The notes under the pieces are model-generated. The model saw nothing but the letters and a program-made list of their open reading frames with translations, was not told the origin of the DNA and made no database searches. Shown piece by piece: positions 1 to 10,634 of a stretch of DNA of 52,299 nucleotides. Made by a program: the position numbers and the translations under genes. Source of the DNA: Acidobacteriota bacterium (GTDB lineage: Bacteria > Acidobacteriota > Vicinamibacteria > Vicinamibacterales > 2-12-FULL-66-21); NCBI GenBank assembly GCA_046726015.1, contig JBKOZS010000228.1, forward strand, positions 1 through 52,299, written 5' to 3'. Positions within the stretch are counted from its first letter, which is position 1. Each line of letters opens with the position of its first letter.

Positions 1-2396
<2,396 letters not shown>

Positions 2397-2424
2397 GTGG
2401 TCGGGTATTATCTGCGGGCTGCGC

Positions 2425-3525
2425 ATGCGCCGCAATCTTCCAGTCTATTTTTGTGAGTTCGCCGGGACGGCGATCATGCTGTTTATCGGCATCAGCGCCG
2501 TGGCGTTGATGTGGGCGCCAGGGTCACCGATGCCCACGATGTCGAATCCGATGCTCCGTCGGCTCGCGACGGGCATCCTGTTCGCCGGTGGCGCGACGCT
2601 CGTCGTCTACTCGCCGCTGGGGCAGCGAAGCGGAGGACACATCAACCCCGCGGTCACGCTGGCCTTCTGGCGAATGGGCCAGGTGTCGACCCGCGATGCC
2701 GTCGCCTACGTGATCGCGCAGTTTGCGGGCGCGCTCGTTGGCGCATTTGCCGCCGGGCTCGCGTGGCGCGAGCTCACGCCAGCGATTCAATATGCCGTCA
2801 CCATACCGGGCGATGGCTATTCGACACTGTTCGCGCTGGTCGCGGAGACGATCATCACGTTCCTCCTCGTGTTCACGATTTTCGTCTGCGTGAACAAGCC
2901 GTCGATCGCCCCACGCACCGGCATCATCGCAGGGGCGCTCGTCGCCCTCCTCGTGATGGTCGAAGCGCCCGTTTCGGGCACGAGCCTTAATCCCGCGCGG
3001 TCGCTTGGACCGGCCATCATGGTGCCGCTCTATCGCGACATCTGGATCTATTTCGTGGGCCCATGCATCGGCGCGGTCATCGCCGTGGCGGCCTACACGC
3101 AGCAGTGGGGCGGTGGCACGGTGTGCGCGAAGCTCTATCACACGGAGAAATACCGCTGTCCATTCGACTGCTGCGGATATCGCCTGGTGTCCGCCGGCGA
3201 GACGGTCATGCGCCAGGGGGAACTCGGCGACGAGGCTTACGTCATCGAGCGAGGCGTCCTCGACGTGTTGCGGGATCGTGCGGGCGCGACCCCGCTCTCG
3301 CTGGCCAGGCTGAGCAAAGGGGACTGGGTCGGAGAAATCAGTTTGCTCCTTGACGAGCCCAGGTCCGCGACCGTCATCGCGGTATCGGACGCGCAGCTGC
3401 GCAGGGTCGCCAAGAAGGATTTCGGCCGCATGCTGGCCAGCGATCCCGAGCGAACACAGGAACTGCTACGGCAACTCGCTCGACACGTCAAAGAGTCGAC
3501 GAGACGCCTGGTAGAGAGGACATGA
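2425..3525 (+). CDS. MIP/aquaporin channel fused to a C-terminal cyclic-nucleotide-binding domain
   Basis: Track ORF 2344..3525; I prefer the ATG at 2425 ([22 protein letters not shown], a typical MIP N-terminus). Both NPA boxes are present ([27 protein letters not shown]). A Cys-rich linker ([10 protein letters not shown]) follows, then a cNMP-binding beta-roll with a phosphate-binding cassette ([21 protein letters not shown]). Confidence 0.85.
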   Translation: MRRNLPVYFCEFAGTAIMLFIGISAVALMWAPGSPMPTMSNPMLRRLATGILFAGGATLVVYSPLGQRSGGHINPAVTLAFWRMGQVSTRDAVAYVIAQFAGALVGAFAAGLAWRELTPAIQYAVTIPGDGYSTLFALVAETIITFLLVFTIFVCVNKPSIAPRTGIIAGALVALLVMVEAPVSGTSLNPARSLGPAIMVPLYRDIWIYFVGPCIGAVIAVAAYTQQWGGGTVCAKLYHTEKYRCPFDCCGYRLVSAGETVMRQGELGDEAYVIERGVLDVLRDRAGATPLSLARLSKGDWVGEISLLLDEPRSATVIAVSDAQLRRVAKKDFGRMLASDPERTQELLRQLARHVKESTRRLVERT

Positions 3526-3529
3526 GCGG

Positions 3530-4339
3530 ATGCGCGTGCGTTTCTGGGGTGTGCGAGGGTCGGTGCCGTGGGCCGTACCCAACGCCATTGGTCACGGCTG
3601 CAACACGCCCTGCGTCGAACTGCTCGACGAGCGCACCGGCGGGATCCTCATTCTCGATGCCGGGTCCGGCATTGTCGGCGTCAACCCTGCGGCGGTCGCG
3701 CCGGCGCCACAGCCCGTCTCGCTGCTGCTGACGCACTATCACTGGGATCACCTGCTCGGTCTTCCATTCTTTGCGACGCTGTATCAGCCCGGGTGGGACC
3801 TGACGATCCACACGCCGGCGCTCGCGTCACACGACCCATCGTGGCTCGACACGATGTTCAAGTCACCGTTTTTTCCCGTCCCGTACCAGCACCTCCCGAA
3901 CCGTCCCGGGGTGAACCTGGTGACGCGGGGCGAGCTCGGGATTCCGGGATTCGACGTGACGGCATGTCCGCTGAACCATCCTGGCGGCGCGCTCGCGTAT
4001 CGCATTCGCGGCCTGACCGGCGATTTCGTCTACGCCACGGACCACGAGTTCGGCGACCCCGCGTTCGACGAGCCGCTCGCCGATTTCGCGCGAGGGGCGG
4101 CGGCGATCGTACTGGACGCGCACTTCACGCCGCAGGAATTACCGCAGCATCGTGGATGGGGACACAGCGACTGGCGGCAGTGCGCGGAGTTCGCCGCACT
4201 TAACGATATCGGGGGCCTGTGGCTGTTTCATCACAAGCCGGGGCGGTCGGACGAAGAACTCGTCAGGATTCGGGCAGATGCCCGCCGAATCTTTGCCGCG
4301 ACCGAGACAGCAAGTGAAGGGGAAGCGCTGCAGTTGTAG
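3530..4339 (+). CDS. MBL-fold metallo-hydrolase (possible phosphodiesterase)
   Basis: 269 aa. Carries the HxHxDH metal motif in LLLTHYHWDHLLGLPFF, the N-terminal FWGVRGSVP, and later NHPGG and DH/HH ligand positions. It starts 4 nt after the stop of the aquaporin fusion. Confidence 0.8.
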   Translation: MRVRFWGVRGSVPWAVPNAIGHGCNTPCVELLDERTGGILILDAGSGIVGVNPAAVAPAPQPVSLLLTHYHWDHLLGLPFFATLYQPGWDLTIHTPALASHDPSWLDTMFKSPFFPVPYQHLPNRPGVNLVTRGELGIPGFDVTACPLNHPGGALAYRIRGLTGDFVYATDHEFGDPAFDEPLADFARGAAAIVLDAHFTPQELPQHRGWGHSDWRQCAEFAALNDIGGLWLFHHKPGRSDEELVRIRADARRIFAATETASEGEALQL

Positions 4340-4362
4340 GCGCAGCGGCCTCGGCGCGGAAT

Positions 4363-6144
4363 CTAGCGCCGCAGCTCCTGGATTTCAGGATTTCTTGGCA
4401 GCTTCAAATACGGCAACCGCACCGAGCGGCCGTTGCTGTTCACCATGAAGCTGTTGTCGACGCGCAACTCGTCAGGCGGATGGAACCCTTCGCTCCCGAA
4501 CTGCGACACGTAGTCGTCCTGCTCGACGCCGTCGCCGCTGACGCCAAGGCCTCCAATCAGGCGATCGCCGCGATAGAGCGGCACGCTGCCCGGGAACCAC
4601 ACGATGCCGCTCTGATTCAGGAACGTGCGATTACCGCCGCGCGAGGGTCCTGGACCCTCCGTGCACGGGTTCCTGGAGTCGTAGACGTAAAGATCGAACC
4701 ACGGGCCAGGGCGCGGATGATCGTCACGCTCTTCGAGCTCCTCCTCGCGGTCGATGCCGGGAGGGAAGAGCGGCTGACCGGCGAAGCTGATGGTCCGCGC
4801 CGTCAGCGCCCATCCGCGGCCGGCAGGCGGCTCAGGCGTCCACGTGTACTGCTCTCCCGCGCCATTCTGCGCAATCCCGCGCAGCACTTCGTACCCCTCA
4901 CGCGTGCTGAAGTAGTACGAGTTCCGCGCCTTCGTCATCGCGACGTCAGAGGAGAAAATGGTTCCATCCGCCATGCGATACAGCGCCAGGATGGTTCCGG
5001 TCTCGTCGGAGACGCTGAGCGTCATGCGCGACGGCTGGTTGATCGGCAGCCGGATCATGGCGCGCGTGCGGAATGCGACTTCGACCGATCGGTCGATGAT
5101 CTGGCGAACTTCGTCAACCGTGAGGCCTCCAGCTACCGTGCTGGCACGCGGGCCCAGCACGTAACCCTCCGGCGCCTGGATGCCGTCACGAGGTTCGACG
5201 ATGAAGCGGCCGCTTGTAATCTGGCCAGGCGACGAACCGGTCGGCCGTCCTTGCAGCGCGCGCCGGATGCACGGGATGTTGGTGCAGCCGCCGAAGAACG
5301 GCAGCCGGATGCCGTCAACATACACCGCGCCCGGAGCGCCGAGTGGTTCGTTGAAATCCAGCCCGCGCCCCGCACCCGCCGCCGCGAGTGTTGCGGCGTA
5401 TTCCGCATGATCCGGCGGCACACCCGCGACGCCGACACCTCCTACGACCTTGCCGCCGCGGTAGATTGGGATGCCGCCGGGATTGACCGGCACCGCGTTG
5501 AGTAGATCCTGGCCGGTGTCGAACACATCGGCCTTGCCTGTCGTGATTCCGACGGAAGACAGTGGCGCGCCCGTTTCGTCGAGCATCGGCCCGCCGCGCG
5601 CGCACCCGCGCGTGTCTGATGGTTCGCAGGGAAGCGGCGTGCTGGCCGCGCCTTCGCCAAACACACCGGCAATGGACCTGGGCCGCGGGAACGGCGCGTT
5701 GAACACTGCGTCGCCGAGCTGGTCGACCCTGCAGCCGCGGTTGATGTTCTCGACGCCGTAGAGCGCGGCGTTCGGCGTGTTCTGCACGCCCGGCGGATAG
5801 TGAATTCCGCTGATGAAGCGCACGGTCCGTGACGACAGCGGCGCCTGGTCGTTCGCGAACATCGCCCCGGTGCGCGCAAGCGTGACCGCGATGTCCGGCG
5901 TTCGCTCGTCGGCCTGCGGCCGGGCGAACACGCCAAGGATGCTGCCGGTGCGATCGACGACCGCCGCACCGAGCGTCTCGTTGCCGAGCGCCGTCGCGGC
6001 CACGGTCAGGATGGCCCGCACATCGTCGGCGGTCAGGATCTGCGCGGGCCCTCCCGCGCTATCCGATGGAGTGTTCTGCGATCTGAGCGTCGCGGGGCCA
6101 AGGACGATGAGGGTAGTGACAGCGATGATTGTGAATAGGCGCAC
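4363..6144 (-). CDS. secreted protein with two GlcG/HbpS-like (DUF336) heme-binding-type domains
   Basis: 593 aa with a GTG start and a signal-like N-terminus (MRLFTIIAVTTLIVLGPATLRSQ). It has two copies of the DUF336 C-terminal signature (GGIPIYRGGKVVGGVGVAGVPPD and GSVPLYRGDRLIGGLGVSGDGVEQDD). Each follows an LTxDxVRxI...AVVDRTG / SVSDETG type beginning. Confidence 0.7.
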   Translation of the reverse strand: MRLFTIIAVTTLIVLGPATLRSQNTPSDSAGGPAQILTADDVRAILTVAATALGNETLGAAVVDRTGSILGVFARPQADERTPDIAVTLARTGAMFANDQAPLSSRTVRFISGIHYPPGVQNTPNAALYGVENINRGCRVDQLGDAVFNAPFPRPRSIAGVFGEGAASTPLPCEPSDTRGCARGGPMLDETGAPLSSVGITTGKADVFDTGQDLLNAVPVNPGGIPIYRGGKVVGGVGVAGVPPDHAEYAATLAAAGAGRGLDFNEPLGAPGAVYVDGIRLPFFGGCTNIPCIRRALQGRPTGSSPGQITSGRFIVEPRDGIQAPEGYVLGPRASTVAGGLTVDEVRQIIDRSVEVAFRTRAMIRLPINQPSRMTLSVSDETGTILALYRMADGTIFSSDVAMTKARNSYYFSTREGYEVLRGIAQNGAGEQYTWTPEPPAGRGWALTARTISFAGQPLFPPGIDREEELEERDDHPRPGPWFDLYVYDSRNPCTEGPGPSRGGNRTFLNQSGIVWFPGSVPLYRGDRLIGGLGVSGDGVEQDDYVSQFGSEGFHPPDELRVDNSFMVNSNGRSVRLPYLKLPRNPEIQELRR

Positions 6145-6175
6145 GCGCCGCCGAGTTTAACACCACCGGCGCAAA

Positions 6176-6333
6176 ACGAAGGAAGCCCGGAGGTAACGGA
6201 TTCCGACACGAAGCAGCGAAGACAACGGAGGAAACGGAGCCTCTTAAGTGTGTTTAGAGTTTTTGACTCCGTTCCCTTCGTTTCCTCCGTTGCTCCGTTT
6301 CTAAGGTCCGTTCTCTTCGTCTACCTCCGTTTG
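6176..6333. repeat. long imperfect intergenic hairpin built from AACGGAG / CTCCGTT motifs
   Basis: The left half carries cggaggta, taacgga, gcgaaga, caacggagg and aacggag. The right half carries ctccgtt, cctccgttg, ctccgtt, tccgttc, tcttcgt and tacctccg. At least four blocks pair in nested order around a ~26-nt AT-richer loop (ctcttaagtgtgtttagagtttttga). It lies between the stop of the EF-hand gene (6334) and the start of the GlcG-like gene (6144). Confidence 0.55.
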
Positions 6334-7311
6334 TCACCGGGGCCCGAACCCTTCACGATAACCAAGACGGAACCCTGCACGATAGCCCGCCTGGTATTCC
6401 TGGTAGCTGCCCATCTGTGGCTGGTAGCCGGAGTCGGCGTTCTCGAGTTCCCGTTGTCCCTCGAGATCCCAGTGCCGCGGCTTGTCTTCCTTGCCGGCCT
6501 GGATGCCCTCCTGCCGTCCTCGCTCGTAGCCGTTGCGATACGCCACGGATTGCTGCCCGAGGTTGGTTGCCGGTGGGTTCTCGAACTCGCGCCGTGACAC
6601 GCGTCCATCGTGGTCGGCGTCGAGCCGATCGAACGCCGCCGTGTTCCAGTGCCACTCATCCCGCGAGATCGCGTCGTCACCGTTGATGTCGACGCTGCGG
6701 AACTCGTCGCGCACGACGTTGTCGTTACCCACCGCCTCCGCGCGCGTCAGGACGCCGTCGCCGTTCGCGTCGAGCGCCCGGAAGACGGCGGTGCTGCCGT
6801 GCCATTCGTCACGCGTGAGGCGGCCGTCGCGATTGGTATCGAGGTCCCAGAATCGCTCCTCACGATCGTCGTCGTCGGAACTCCCCATGAATTCGGCACG
6901 CGTCAGCGAGCCGTCGCGGTTGCGATCGAGGCGCCCGAACAGTTCGGGATCGCCGTGCCATTCCTTCGCGGACAGGCGACCGTTGCCGTCGTGATCGAGG
7001 CTGGAGAAGCGCGCCTCGCTCCAGTCGTCGTCGCGCGCGATCGAATCCGCGATGTCGCGATCGTCCCACCGCGGGACGCGGCGTCCGCCCGGACGCACTT
7101 CATCGCCGGACAGTTTGCCGTCGCCGTTCCAGTCGTGATTGCGAAACGATCGATCGTTGCCGCGCCACTCGTCGCGAGTGATAACGCCGTCACCGTTCGC
7201 ATCCATACTCTGGAAGCGCATCACCGTGTTGCCACGGCTCTGGTCCTGTGCGGCAGCGACCGGTGGAACGCTGAGGCAGAGTGCAGCGAAAAACAGCGTC
7301 GTCGATCTCAT
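6334..7311 (-). CDS. secreted multi-EF-hand calcium-binding protein (8 DxDxDG loops)
   Basis: 325 aa with a signal peptide (MRSTTLFFAALCLSVPPVAAAQ). Eight canonical loops are present: DANGDGVITRDE, DWNGDGKLSGDE, DHDGNGRLSAKE, DRNRDGSLTRAE, DTNRDGRLTRDE, DANGDGVLTRAE, DINGDDAISRDE, DADHDGRVSRRE. Confidence 0.85.
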   Translation of the reverse strand: MRSTTLFFAALCLSVPPVAAAQDQSRGNTVMRFQSMDANGDGVITRDEWRGNDRSFRNHDWNGDGKLSGDEVRPGGRRVPRWDDRDIADSIARDDDWSEARFSSLDHDGNGRLSAKEWHGDPELFGRLDRNRDGSLTRAEFMGSSDDDDREERFWDLDTNRDGRLTRDEWHGSTAVFRALDANGDGVLTRAEAVGNDNVVRDEFRSVDINGDDAISRDEWHWNTAAFDRLDADHDGRVSRREFENPPATNLGQQSVAYRNGYERGRQEGIQAGKEDKPRHWDLEGQRELENADSGYQPQMGSYQEYQAGYRAGFRLGYREGFGPR

Positions 7312-7352
7312 CGCTTCCTCCTCAGCCTGGAAGGAGCAAGCGGTGTACCGGC

Positions 7353-8006
7353 TTATTCAAACGGAAGAGGTGTTTGGGTGAGGATGGGAATGCGCAGGCG
7401 TCCTGCGCCATTGGTGGTGAACAATGGTTCCTGGCCGATGCGGCTGACGGCTTCGTCAGCGGCGCGATTGAACGCGTCGAGCAGATCGAGCGACCGTGTG
7501 CCGGGACGCCGCGGCCGGCGCAGTTGCCGCAGCAACGCGCCGGTGAAAAATCCATGGACGCTGTTTTCGCGTGCCCGCCCGTCAGACGCGCACGATGCGA
7601 GCGTAACCGGGCGTTGCGTGTCCGGCAACTTCGCCATCGCGGCGTCGAGCTTGCGCATACGATCGTCGGCGTGGCACGTGTCGACAATGAGGACGCGCAG
7701 CTTCGCGTCTGCCTTCTGCGCGAGCGCATCCACGATCGCGTCGATCGCGAACACGTGACCGCTCCAGTAAATCATCAGCAGGTCGAGATCGGGGATCGAG
7801 GCGCAGTGCGAGAGATGGGCATCGACCGCGGCGGGCGTGGCCTGCGCGCCCGTCAAGCATCGGTTCCGCTCCGCGCGCCAGTATCCAAGCTGCGCGAAGG
7901 TCCACGACATGCCGACTGCGTCGCGCTCCGCGGAACGCACGGCTGCGCCGTTCGACTCGCGGTTCACGCCGATCGACAGCAGGTGATAGCGGAACTCGCG
8001 CGCCAT
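7353..8006 (-). CDS. caspase-like (peptidase C14 fold) domain protein
   Basis: Track ORF 7353..8078; I prefer the ATG at 8006 (MAREFRYHLLSIGVN). The layout is HLLSIGVN...DA..M...LGY...L.G..AT...V...DLLMIYWSGHV...KLRVLIVDTCHAD. This matches the His (SGH) and Cys (D.CH) dyad spacing of caspase/metacaspase domains. There is no signal peptide and GC3 is high. Family assignment is by motif only. Confidence 0.5.
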   Translation of the reverse strand: MAREFRYHLLSIGVNRESNGAAVRSAERDAVGMSWTFAQLGYWRAERNRCLTGAQATPAAVDAHLSHCASIPDLDLLMIYWSGHVFAIDAIVDALAQKADAKLRVLIVDTCHADDRMRKLDAAMAKLPDTQRPVTLASCASDGRARENSVHGFFTGALLRQLRRPRRPGTRSLDLLDAFNRAADEAVSRIGQEPLFTTNGAGRLRIPILTQTPLPFE

Positions 8007-8196
8007 GTGCGGCCGCTCACTCTTTCGGCCGGAGCGCGGCCGAGCTTTACCGGTTCCGTTCAGTGTCGCCGCGTCCATCCAGGTCCGTGTCCTCTTTCAA
8101 CATCGTTAGCGCGCACACAAACGTGACCCTGCCCGCCCCTGCGCGCACGGGTTTTCAGTGACTTACGGGTGGTATGGATAGTGAAATGCACCCGGC

Positions 8197-9231
8197 GTGC
8201 CGGTCGGAGGACGGTCGGAGCGCGGAATACCGAGAGCCCCGTATTCCTCGCTGACTGCCGCAGCGATAGTCCTCGGGACTTCCGTGCTGTTCGCAGCGCC
8301 GCCGCAGCTTGCGGGCTCGCTTGTCGGCCGGCAAGTGTTTCCCGTCTCGAACTGGTGGAACCTCGACATCAGTCGAGCGCCGATCGATCCCGCGTCATCT
8401 GCTTACATCAACTTCATCGGTCGCACCAGGCAGGTGCATCCCGACTTCGGTCCGCCGCCTTACGGCATCCCCTACATCGTCGTTTCCGGTGACCAGCCAC
8501 TCGTGGCGCCGACCTGGACCGCGTATGGCGATGAGAGTGATGCCGGAGCACCCGGGCGCCCTGCCGGTTATCCCATTCCGTCCCAAGCGAAGACGCAGGC
8601 CAACTACATCGAGGGTGGCGTGGCTGGCGGCGGCTCGACTGGCGATCGACACATGCTGATCGTCGACCAGGATCACTGGCTCCTTTACGAAACGGCGGGC
8701 ACCCACTGGAATGCGGCGGCGAACCGATGGGAGGCGGACTGCGGCGCCGTGTTCGATCTCAATCGCAACGATCGCCGACCCGAGACGTGGACGTCCGCTG
8801 ATGCCGCAGGGCTGGCGATCTTTCCGGGCCTGGTCAGGTACGACGAAGCGTATGGCGCAGCAGAGATCAGGCACGCGTTCCGCGTCACCGTGCGTGCCAC
8901 GGACGGCTACGTCTGGCCCGCCTCGCATCGCGCGGGGTCGACAGCGGGCGCGTTACCCATGGGCGCGCGGCTGCGGTTGAAGTCGTCGAAGAACCTGTCC
9001 GGCTACGTCCCGGAAGTGCAACGCCTCTTTCGCGCGATGCAGCGCCACGGTCTCATCGTGGCCGACAATGGATCCGACATGTACGTCAGCGGCACCATGG
9101 ACCCGCGCTGGAACAACACCATCCTCAATCCCGCATTTCACGGGCTGACGGCGGACGACTTCGAGGTGATCCAGCTTGGATGGCGCGGCGCCGCGCCGGA
9201 TCCGCCGCGCAACCTCCGGATTGTTCGATAA
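8197..9231 (+). CDS. conserved secreted protein of unknown function
   Basis: 344 aa with a GTG start (uncertain) and a hydrophobic N-terminus (LTAAAIVLGTSVLFAAP). Blocks such as GDRHMLIVD...LYE, TSADAAGLAIFPGLVRYDE, IRHAFRVTV, YVWPASH, PMGARLRLK and ADNGSDMYVSG recur in an uncharacterised secreted family that I recognise from actinobacteria and acidobacteria. I cannot support a function. Confidence 0.6.
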   Translation: MPVGGRSERGIPRAPYSSLTAAAIVLGTSVLFAAPPQLAGSLVGRQVFPVSNWWNLDISRAPIDPASSAYINFIGRTRQVHPDFGPPPYGIPYIVVSGDQPLVAPTWTAYGDESDAGAPGRPAGYPIPSQAKTQANYIEGGVAGGGSTGDRHMLIVDQDHWLLYETAGTHWNAAANRWEADCGAVFDLNRNDRRPETWTSADAAGLAIFPGLVRYDEAYGAAEIRHAFRVTVRATDGYVWPASHRAGSTAGALPMGARLRLKSSKNLSGYVPEVQRLFRAMQRHGLIVADNGSDMYVSGTMDPRWNNTILNPAFHGLTADDFEVIQLGWRGAAPDPPRNLRIVR

Positions 9232-9238
9232 TCGTCTG

Positions 9239-9874
9239 ATGGACGAGGCCGCTTATGCGGCTGCGCGGTCACGGATGATCGCGGAACAGGTTCGCGCCCG
9301 CGGAGTGCGCGATCCGCGTGTCCTCGAGGCGATGGAACGAGTGCCGCGGCACCTCTTCGTTCCCTCCGCACAACGCGACCAGGCGTACGAGGATCATCCC
9401 ATTCCCATTGGTCTGGGCCAGACGATTTCACAACCTTACATCGTCGCGTTCATGACCGAAGCGCTGCGCGTCGAGGTTGCGCATCGCGTGCTCGAGATCG
9501 GAGCGGGATCCGGGTATCAGACCGCCGTCCTTGCGGAACTGGGGGCGACAGTCTACGCGATTGAGCTGATCGACGAGCTCGCAGAACGGGCGCAACGCCT
9601 GCTCCAGGAACTGCATTACACGAACGTCCACGTGCGGGCGGGCGATGGGTACGCCGGGTGGCCCGAACACGCGCCTTACGATCGAATCATCGTCGCGGCA
9701 GCGCCTGAAGACATTCCGCCCGCGTTCATCGAACAGCTCGTCGACGGCGGGATCCTCGCGATTCCGCTGGGGGTGTTCAACCAGGAGTTGCGGGTCATCA
9801 GGCGCAACGGCGAGATGCTGGAGACGGTCGGCACGATGCCGGTGAGGTTCGTGCCGATGATTAGAAAGGCTTAG
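9239..9874 (+). CDS. pcm: protein-L-isoaspartate O-methyltransferase
   Basis: Track ORF 9176..9874; the real start is probably the ATG at 9239 (MDEAAYAAARSRMIAEQV). Hallmarks: VPRHLFVP, GQTISQPYIVAFMTE, the SAM motif VLEIGAGSGYQTAVLA, and YDRIIVAAA. Confidence 0.9.
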   Translation: MDEAAYAAARSRMIAEQVRARGVRDPRVLEAMERVPRHLFVPSAQRDQAYEDHPIPIGLGQTISQPYIVAFMTEALRVEVAHRVLEIGAGSGYQTAVLAELGATVYAIELIDELAERAQRLLQELHYTNVHVRAGDGYAGWPEHAPYDRIIVAAAPEDIPPAFIEQLVDGGILAIPLGVFNQELRVIRRNGEMLETVGTMPVRFVPMIRKA

Positions 9875-9903
9875 GGCTCACGGCTCATGACGACTCAGGC
9901 CCT

Positions 9904-10251
9904 TCATCGCAATGCCCTGCCCGGAGGCCGCTTGAGCCCGCGTTTCCGCGACGGAAGATGTTCAACCGTAAGATCGTCGCGCGGACACGTCGTCACGGGA
10001 TGTTTCGGATCGGATAAGTCCATCTGATCCCACGCCACGCGGTAGATCCAGGCGATGCTGCGGAACCGCAGTCCGAGTCCGTGAACAGCGAAGCGATGCA
10101 GCCACGCCGCCGGGCCGACCAGATAGGCGGCCACGACAAACTCGTCGTCTTCTTTCTTTGCGACGACTTCCGATAACCGCCCGACCCGCCGGCCGGTCGT
10201 GTCGTGCACGATGCGTCCGACGAGACGCTCGAGATGGACTTCAGTAGTCAT
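9904..10251 (-). CDS. PRC-barrel-like small protein
   Basis: 115 aa. LERLVGRIVHDTTGRRVGRLSEVVAKKEDDEFVVAAYLVGP resembles the PRC-barrel core. Its ATG overlaps the stop of the upstream gene in an ATGA unit. Confidence 0.5.
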   Translation of the reverse strand: MTTEVHLERLVGRIVHDTTGRRVGRLSEVVAKKEDDEFVVAAYLVGPAAWLHRFAVHGLGLRFRSIAWIYRVAWDQMDLSDPKHPVTTCPRDDLTVEHLPSRKRGLKRPPGRALR

Positions 10252-10634
10252 TTCTGTGCTGCTTCAGGGCCGCCGCCGCCGGCGCCCGGGATACGGCCGA
10301 TCAGCACGCGCCGGATCCAGCGTTCCCAGTCGTAAACGGCCGTTGGATTCGCGTCGATGTCGACCCGGACGTCGATACCAGCCGCCTCGATGCGGTCGAG
10401 TGGAATCCTTACCGGTTTGCCGTCACCGACGCCGAGCCACCGCTCCAGCGCGCGCGCGCGATCCCCAAGCCGCTCGCTGATTCGCATCGCCAGCGTCGGA
10501 AGTCCGAGTTCGAGTGCCGCCACGCGCGGCGGACGCCCGCGCCGCAGCACGAGGACGATGCCGTCGACTTTGCCGATTTTGCGATTCAGCCTGTCGAGGA
10601 CCTGGTTGTCGAGAAGATCCCGGTTCAGGTGCAT
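10248..10634 (-). CDS. PRC-barrel-like small protein
   Basis: This is the C-terminal 128 aa of track ORF 10248..11228, starting at MHLNRDLLDNQVLDRLNRKIGKVDGIVLVL. The upstream 198 aa are an R-rich shadow overlapping the NRAMP gene. Its ATG shares one base with the NRAMP stop (TGATG). Confidence 0.5.
   Translation of the reverse strand: MHLNRDLLDNQVLDRLNRKIGKVDGIVLVLRRGRPPRVAALELGLPTLAMRISERLGDRARALERWLGVGDGKPVRIPLDRIEAAGIDVRVDIDANPTAVYDWERWIRRVLIGRIPGAGGGGPEAAQK

Noticed and set aside
4480-5505. Long antisense or out-of-frame ORFs throughout the window: 4480..5505, 6610..7758, 7281..8126, 11968..13341, 17014..18168, 19948..20874, 21634..23562, 23717..24943, 24364..25263, 28695..29594, 28792..30642, 36670..37875, 38316..39221, 42220..43161
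   Set aside because: Each overlaps a gene with strong family motifs on the other strand or in another frame. Each has the R/G/A/D/H-heavy composition typical of non-coding frames in GC-rich DNA.
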